Shown here one piece after another: positions 56,066 through 64,000 of a stretch of DNA of 64,000 nt. The stretch comes from Eledone cirrhosa (taxonomy: Eukaryota). The stretch is taken from assembly GCA_964016885.1 (NCBI GenBank), contig OZ024745.1, positions 42,470,001 to 42,534,000 on the forward strand, given 5' to 3'. Made by a program: the position numbers and the translations under genes. Within the stretch, counting starts at the first letter, position 1; each line of letters begins with the position of its first letter. Under the pieces are notes generated by a model. The model did not search any database. It saw nothing but the letters and a program-made list of their open reading frames with translations, and was not told the DNA's origin.

Positions 56066-58896
56066 ATTCTATTATAAAATTAAATAAAAAATCTTTTAAC
56101 ACTACAAGTGAAGTCATTCTTTTCCTTTTTTCAAATATATATATATATATATACATGTCTCTATGAATGTGTGTGTGTGTAAGATACATATATATATATA
56201 TGGTGTGAGCGTGTGTGTGAGTGAGTGTGTATGTGTGTGTGTGTGTGTGCGTGTGTGTATGTTTACCTTTGAGATATTGTATGCTTGTGTCCCATAACCT
56301 AACGGATCGACATACAAAAAGAGATTAATAAAATAAATACCAGACTATACTGGGGTCGATATGATAGACTACATCAAGGCAGTGACCCTGCATACCTACA
56401 GGCCAGTGATTGAATTTATGTACCTGTTATATACATATAGAGGCAGATGGGAGAGATAAATATAGATATAGACAGGGGGGAAAGTTTGGAGGTAATTGAT
56501 ATAGAGAGGAAGGTTGGGAGAGTGTGTTGTATATTAGATATAAAGAGAGGGAGAGATTGATGTTTATTGATATAAGAGAGGAATTTTAAGCGACATCCGT
56601 GTAGTAGATATACAGAGGGGGAGAGTTTGGCGTTAATTGATATAGAGAGGGGGTTGGAAAAGAGTTCCGTATAATAAATGAATGTTTAGCAGGGTGGTAG
56701 AATCAGTGGTCGTTACTGGTAGATGATTGAAGGTCGTTAGTTGCCAGTGTGGTAAGTGATAGTATCCTCGTTGGATTATCTTGTTGACATAGATGTGAGG
56801 GAAGGTCCCTCGATCTATTTACAATATTCCTTTCGCCAGGTCGCCAATTCCAGCAGCATGGATTATAGATGTTATTGAGACACGAGTAACATAATAATGA
56901 TTTCAACAGCAGTAATTAGAGATGAAATTTATGTTTATTTTTGATGTGTAGCACAAACAATGTTTGTTAACTTATATGGTTGAAGTTACAGATAAAAAGG
57001 GGTTACAAAAGGGAATGTGCCATTGCGCCGTTCTGCCGGCGAGGCTAGGGTGCAAGATCTCACCGTTACATTATGCGTGTTGCTGGCTTGAAGTTTCCGG
57101 TACAAGAGAGAGATTCTTCAAATCTTCGCGGGGAATTTCTTCCTCATGGCGCGTAGGGATACATCCTCTTCTACTGGCGCTGATTGGCTGAACTGAGCCA
57201 AATGACGCACAGAGAATGTATGTGAGCCCGCGGAATGTAGGTCACTACAAATGTATTATATATAGGAGATGAATAAATTGGGTAGAATACCAGTTTCTTT
57301 CCAAATGCAAAGACGCTCGATATAATAACCCCTTAGTAAAGGGCAAAGAGCATTAAATTTTTTTAATTATATATATATATAATGGTGATTGAATTAGTGC
57401 TTTGGTAGTTTAGGGAGAAAATATAATTATATCTATTATGTACATGTTGTTTATCGTATATCGAAGTTTCTGACCATTTTAGAGTTCAAAGAGCTAAACT
57501 AATCCCTACAACTAAATTGTCCAAATTTGCCCCCTTCCCCAATTCAGAAATGCTTCCACCACCCCTGTATAGATAACAACAGTAATTAATGAGATATACA
57601 TACATCAAGAGAAAGTGGATACAGTTGGAATTGAAACTTTTCTTTAACAAGTGCCCCGATCTGACCGAGACTACATGGTCGTGGAGATCGCTAGAAACTA
57701 GAATATAGTACACCTTTGGAAGTCGGGCCGGAATGGAAATGTGTTGTAAACACGAATAATAGATGGAAACTTGATTATACGAGGCAATGGAAACTTCCTT
57801 TTTTTCTTTTTGTTTTCGTTTTTTTTCTTTTGTTTTTGTTTTCGTTTTTTTTTCTTTTGTTTTTGTTTTTTTGCCTTTTTTTTACCACTTTACTGTTTTC
57901 CGTTATAAACATTTAAGATAGAATAAAATAAAATGTGTTTCGATAAAGTAAATAGTTTTGCTCCCTTCATTTGGGGAAGGTAAATACATTTATTGTTAAA
58001 ATAACGTCTAAATCCTAAAAGCAGAAACCAAGGGAAATAACTCCAAGAATATCAGCTAATCGAATTGTCTTTTTGAAATGTGTTGATTGGCTAATATGTT
58101 AGGAGTTAACTTTCCTGGATTTTGCTTTTAGATTTAAATAACATTTACAGGGTATTTTGGCCCACTAACTTTTTTTATATTTTGCATGGATACTCTCAGT
58201 TAATTAAGGTTTTTCAAATCACTATATTACATACACGTGAGCCTACCATGTATGTACAATATTTGTTCCACTCAATCATTAAGCGTCCGCTGCACATTAT
58301 TATTCGCTTCAGTGGCATTCTGATACTAATGAGTATTTTCATGAAAAAGAAAAAAGCGAAGAATTCATTTAGTTTTTAATTACAAGAACATCATATTGTT
58401 TTAAGGAGGTTCATTACATTTATACACCAAAGATTTTATTGTAGCTACAATCATTTAAAAGCAACAAATATATTTATTATATAACCAGCTTTTCTCCAAT
58501 AAAAAGAGATTGAACACCGAAACACTACGAACCAAATTGGGAACCTCTATGTGGTTGCTCAACATACTAGAAATAGCAAAGAAATTTCCTACAACTGTCT
58601 TAATGTCTTGAAATAGAAATATTCATGGATAGAATGCCTTGGATCGTATGTCTATTCGATCACGGCTGGGTGGGGATAAGCAACATCAATAACAACATAA
58701 ACGGTACTAAAACGATTTTCTAAAGTTTTTTTTTTATTTTTTGTTTATAGAGGTGTTTATTTATATCATGATATATATTCTAATATTTATATAGAAGTAT
58801 AATACCTGTCAAACATGACAGGGCTTATTTCTGCCTCTATTCAGTTTTTAAATTTTTTATTATTCCCGCGTACTCTCTTTCATTATTCTCACTGAC

Positions 58897-59112
58897 AGGG
58901 CGGTGGATTGACAGTATCGGTTGAGAGTCGGATACCATGCTTTGCGGCATAGAGTTACGGCCCTTTACGGTCTGAGTTCAAATCCCGCTTCGGTTAATTT
59001 TGCCTTTCATCATTATGGGGTCGATAAAATAAAGCACCAGTAATGTACTGCAGTCGAGTTAATCGACTTTCCCCTCCCCACCAAATTACTAACCGTGTGC
59101 CTATACTAGGAA
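58897..59112 (+). mobile_element. MetaSINE-like SINE, full length, 17-bp TSD
   Basis: TSD TCATTATTCTCACTGAC at 58880-58896 and 59113-59129. Confidence 0.92.
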
Positions 59113-59184
59113 TCATTATTCTCACTGACTCACTCACATACTTCATTAACTCTACTACCTCTCTGATCCTTTCCTTTTTCTCTT

Positions 59185-59215
<31 letters not shown>

Positions 59216-60771
59216 TCTATATATATATATCTTTCTCTCTTAATACACACACACATACCCACATAATCTTCTTCTTTTTCTCCTTCTTCCTCGCCTACTT
59301 ATTAATAAGAGGGTCGTGGAGGCAGTCCTCAAACATTCCTATCTAAGAAATCCATGTTATTTCAGTGAATTACTATACATAATGGAGTGCCTACTTGAAT
59401 GTTGGGTGTTGTTTAATTTAGCGATTCATATTTCTGTATCTAAATACTACTTTGCGTCGTATTAGATTTTATAAAACAAATTATACATACCGACCAAAAT
59501 CCAGTTTCCGTTTACCAAATTCCACGCAAAAGAAATTGATCGACTCGCGGCTAGGGTAAAAGACACTTTACCAAAGTGCCACGAAGTGGGGTCTAGCCAA
59601 AAATTATATGGTTGCGAGGCGAACTTTAACCATCCCATCCTTTTGCTAATTATCAATCAAGTAAATACCAATCAGATCCGAAAACCGGTTAAATTAATTA
59701 CATTATTGATTACATTGAATATATTAGACTTCTGTTCAATTAAAACAAGTCATTGAATCATTTGAAGCAAAAGAAAATATCATTGACAGTAAAGAGATAA
59801 CTCCATATTACCCAAAGTCCTTAATCTCTTCTATTTGAGTTTTGTATACTACTGATAGTTTATCACGCCGGGGACAGTTATATAAGTACTGGCAATATAC
59901 TGCGATAGATTATTTGATTATATCCATTCCTGTTAAGAAAGGTTGTTGAGGCTATGAATCTCCACAAAGAAATCGCCTATGCTAAGATAGTCTATGAGTA
60001 ATGGGTGCACCAGGCAACGTAAGATTTCAGTGAAACTAGTCCATAAATTGCACTCAACTAGGAACGACCAGAATTAGAATCTGTGAATCCTTAAGCTATA
60101 TTAAAGCTTGGAAACTCCTTACAAAAATTGGAAACATGTATGTCTTATAATCATTTTGAAACCACTGCTGATTATAATGCTCTATGCTGTATCTTGTTTA
60201 GTTTATACCTAACTACGGCACCACCCATTAATAGTTATTGCCATTTGACTTAGGTTGCTAATATCCTTGGAAAACATATAAATCTCATAAGTTCCAAGAT
60301 TCTTTCCTCTCTAATATCTCTTCACCCATGGGTTTTCGTGTATGTCACCATATATATTTCGAAACGTATTCACATCACAGTTTCCTATATCATCTATAAA
60401 CCTGGGGGTTATACTTATTTAAAAATAAATGTTGTGACCCGGTGTAAGTATTCCAGTTAGTGGGTGATGTACGAAAGGGGATCGTTTATATTTCACAGTA
60501 TCTATGCACTTTGCCAAAAATACCGAGATCTACCAATTATAACCCACAGTTATGAATATAATCTAACCCCGAGCTTTCAAAGTTGTTCACATTGGCGCCA
60601 CACCTTTTTAAAACGTGGCACATTAATCATGTTAAAACTTAAAATAGAACATAAACGTCAGTGCAAGCTTTGTCAGTGCAATTTGAATATGTTGATGTAG
60701 AGGGATTTTAATCGCAGAGTTAATTAATAGATTTATGTAAGACAGATGAGAGCACGGGTGGATGGGTTGGG

Positions 60772-60847
<76 letters not shown>
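60772..60847. repeat. (GATA)n microsatellite without an insertion
   Basis: Direct reading. Confidence 0.97.
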
Positions 60848-60848
<1 letters not shown>

Positions 60849-62559
60849 GGGTGAATGTTTCTGCCACAAATGACCAAGTTGAGGCGGCCTAGTCTGATGA
60901 GCGAACAGCAGAATGAAATGGCAATATAAGATTTATAATTAGCTTTATTTATTCTTATTATGCTACTTTTCTTCCATTTATCAGCAACCGATAAACAAAT
61001 GTAAGAAAGAAAGAAAGTATAGGTTATAAGAAATATAATGAAGAAACTAAGGTATTGAAGAAAACAAAATGAAGTTTGGGTCAGTCGATGGAATGACGGA
61101 TAGGCCTGAACTTATTACCAAAAACTGTCACTGATTACACCAGATCGCAGAGATGTTCCTTCCTCTTGCAAAGTGACGCGCATGGCTCTCTAATAAATTT
61201 TCATTGAAAGCAGTCGATAAAAGTTTTTGTTTTGTTTTGTTTTGTGTATTGTTTTTTTTCAAAGAAAGATAAGATGTCTAGTTGAAACACAGCTGTCTAG
61301 GATAGAAGAAATATTTTTCGTAAGCGAAAAAACAAAAAATAATGATAAAGAAAAGAAAAGCAAAGTCTTCTATTTGTGGTGCCAATCAAACTAACTCTTC
61401 CATTTCACAGTGATTTATTTCATTACAAATTTAGTGTTACTTGCAATTTCAAATACCCTACCAAGTGTATACTTTATATATTATTTAAATACCGTGAGTT
61501 TTACGACCGGATTGACTGATCCTAAATAAAATCTAACTTTAATTTGTCTTTTGTTTGAAAAGATTATTTATTATCAAAAGTTTTCCCATATTACATTTTT
61601 TTTTTTCTCTTAGAAATCATTTACTTTTGCGGAAACTGTTTGGCCGACTGGACAGTGTGTAAAACTATTGCTTGTAGCGTCGGCAAGATACCAGACCTGT
61701 CAATTCTCTCTGTCCGACGTAGAGATATCCCACCCATTTTCGGGTGGGTGAGAGATGTCTTCTCTTGTGAAAATGGGTATAGCTTTCATTATGTAAAATA
61801 TCCCCATTTTGCCTCATTTTTCCGCGTTTTGGAGCACTTATTTTTCAAGGTACTCCTCGTTTGGGTTTTTAGAGGTTGGCAGATCTGAAGTACGTATAAG
61901 ATAACATCCGAATCCAAGGGAGATGGAGATGGTCAACGGCAATTAGTTAATAGGAGAATTCATAGAACAGTTCAATTAATTCAATTGCTATGAGGTAATG
62001 AAGAAATTAACGTTTCAGATACCCATCTTTTTTATTTTGTCTGAGAGTGAGGTGGAAGATATAAAATGTGATGTTCTCCCCTGGGCATAGCCTACTTCAA
62101 GACCATTACTGGGCTTCGAGAGAACAATGGGAAGCTACTCAAGTATTCACCACCAGATCAGACACATCAACCACATTGATTAACCTTTTTATTGATATTT
62201 TGTGTTCGTAAAGAATTTTTAAAACCCGGATTAGAATCAATTTACAGAAAAAAAACAACAGAGAGAGAGACAGAGAAAGACAGAGATGAGTCAGAGAAGG
62301 AGAGAGAGAGAGTGAAAGAGATTAACACAGAGAAAGAAAGAAAGTACAGATAGACTTTATCCATCGTGGGGTGGCTGAAGAGGAAAGTGAATCTATTTCG
62401 GTTTTTTTTTGGGGGGGGGGGAGTTCTTGTTCTTATTTTTGTTATTTTTCTTTGTTCAACTTTTCTATTTATTACTGCTTTTATTAACGCTTCGCGCTCC
62501 TTCTTTGATTAACTGTTTACTTACCAGCGCTACACCTCTCTCTCGCTCTCTCTCTCACC

Positions 62560-62591
<32 letters not shown>

Positions 62592-62751
62592 CTTTCGCTT
62601 TCTCTCTCACACGCTCTCTAACCTCTTTTTAGACGAAAGTCTATTTATATTTCTCTCCTTACGTCGTTACCATTCGCACAACTTATTTTGTTTGTTTTTG
62701 TATTATTTGTTCATGTGCAACTGTAGATAGTTAGATAGATAGATAGATAAC

Positions 62752-64000
62752 TTTCTATTTATTTGCCACCAGGGCATAAAAGATTGGGACAAATACAAAG
62801 GGGGGCGGGTTACATACAATAAAACAAGTACAAAAATATAACAAACAAAATAAAACAATTATTTAAATACCCCCCCCCCCAAAAAAAAATGAGCAACCCT
62901 TCTCCTCGGGAGCACAAAGAGAGGGTGCTCCCTTCTCCTATTCTTTCCACCTACAGGCTGATGTAGAGAGAAGGCCCATTCACACGGGCCATTCTCGCCA
63001 CTTTCACCCTCCTTTCATAAAACTGGCTGAGGTGGAGCACCTCTCTCTCCATCCTGATCCTTCTTCCGAAATGATATCGGAAGAAAAGGACGAGTTGTTG
63101 GCCGGAGAGAAAGGTGTCCGACCTTATTCCTTTAAAACGCGTCCACCATACAACCTCTTTCACCATGGCTATTACACAGAGGAAGACCGCCTCTCCTTCG
63201 CTTTTGAAGAGGGGGGAGGGCGGTTTGATCGTAACAATGGACTCGATGGTCAACCGGATTGGTCCCACCCGTGACAGCATTCGTTCCACATAGCCCCACA
63301 GGTCGGCAATGCCCGGGCAGTGTACCAATGCGTGCGCGACGGTTTCCTCGTCGCGCACGCATCTCGAACAGATCTTTTTCGAAGGGGCCCTACCCGGGCG
63401 CCCCTGTCTGTAGAGCTTGTCTCGAACGGGCAGAGCCCCACGGTAGCACCGCCAAGCCAGGGACCTCTGGAAGTTGTCCATCGGTCCCAGGCCAAATGTC
63501 CTACCAAACAGGCTTGCCAGTTCTTCCTCCGCCATGCCTAGGGCTTCTCCGAGGGCGTCGTCGCACCTGCTGTTGACCAACCCTCTATAGAATGTCGAGG
63601 TGGAGTCTCCACTGATAGCTGGGTCCGCCTGCCAGAGAGCCGTGAGCGTCTGAGCACACTCCGTGTGCCAGGCGCCCAGTTTTCTCGGTCTTTGCTTGAC
63701 CCAGGATTGCAGCTCGGTAAGCGAGGCGAGTCTCGGAAAGGCTCGCCTCACAAACGGGGCCCACACCGGTTGACCGGTGAGGAATACCTGGAGGTACCGT
63801 AGCCTTAATGCGTATTTACGCATCTGCAGCCACGGCATCCCCAGCCCGCCTTTCGAAGGGTGTTGACAGCAGATGGATCTCCTCACCAAAGGTGCACGCT
63901 TCTTCCAAAGGAATTGGAAGAGTGCGCGCTCCATTTTGGTGGTCGTTTCACCTGGGCAAGGCACGACAGTCAAGCGGTAATAGATTACGGACGCTATTTA
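62752..64000 (-). mobile_element. Tx1/L1-clade LINE 3' portion, ORF2 open to the window edge
   Basis: Uninterrupted 340-aa frame YRLTVVPCP..GGLGMP..CSRCVRDEETVAHALVHC..SLYISL*; 3' end abuts (GATA)n. Confidence 0.93.

Noticed and set aside
60892-60925. CTGATGAGC..GC.GAATGAAA
   Set aside because: Spacing and stems do not fit a hammerhead

Overview
Eukaryotic, AT-rich, microsatellite-saturated DNA with no convincing host gene. The repeat landscape (huge (TA)n/(GT)n/(GATA)n tracts, tRNA-derived SINEs, Tx1/RTE LINEs) resembles a cephalopod (Octopus-like) genome, which is an inference. Nearly all ORFs in the track are translations of simple repeats. The real protein-coding remnants are all retroelement fragments: Tx1/L1-clade RT, RTE, a probable R4/Dong and a Penelope-like (Naiad-type) GIY-YIG endonuclease. 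The main hidden signal is non-coding. About 20 hammerhead-ribozyme (HHR) motifs from roughly ten unrelated sequence families can be read by eye. They sit in short palindromic or partially tandem elements in or next to (TA)n tracts, the architecture of Penelope pseudo-LTRs and retrozymes. Four loci carry a U3-A8 core (UUGANAA) in place of C3-G8 (CUGANGA). Also present are a Tx1 family repeatedly inserted at (GATA)n, SINEs with intact target-site duplications, and a non-autonomous Helitron. All coordinates were read manually and may be off by a few bases.
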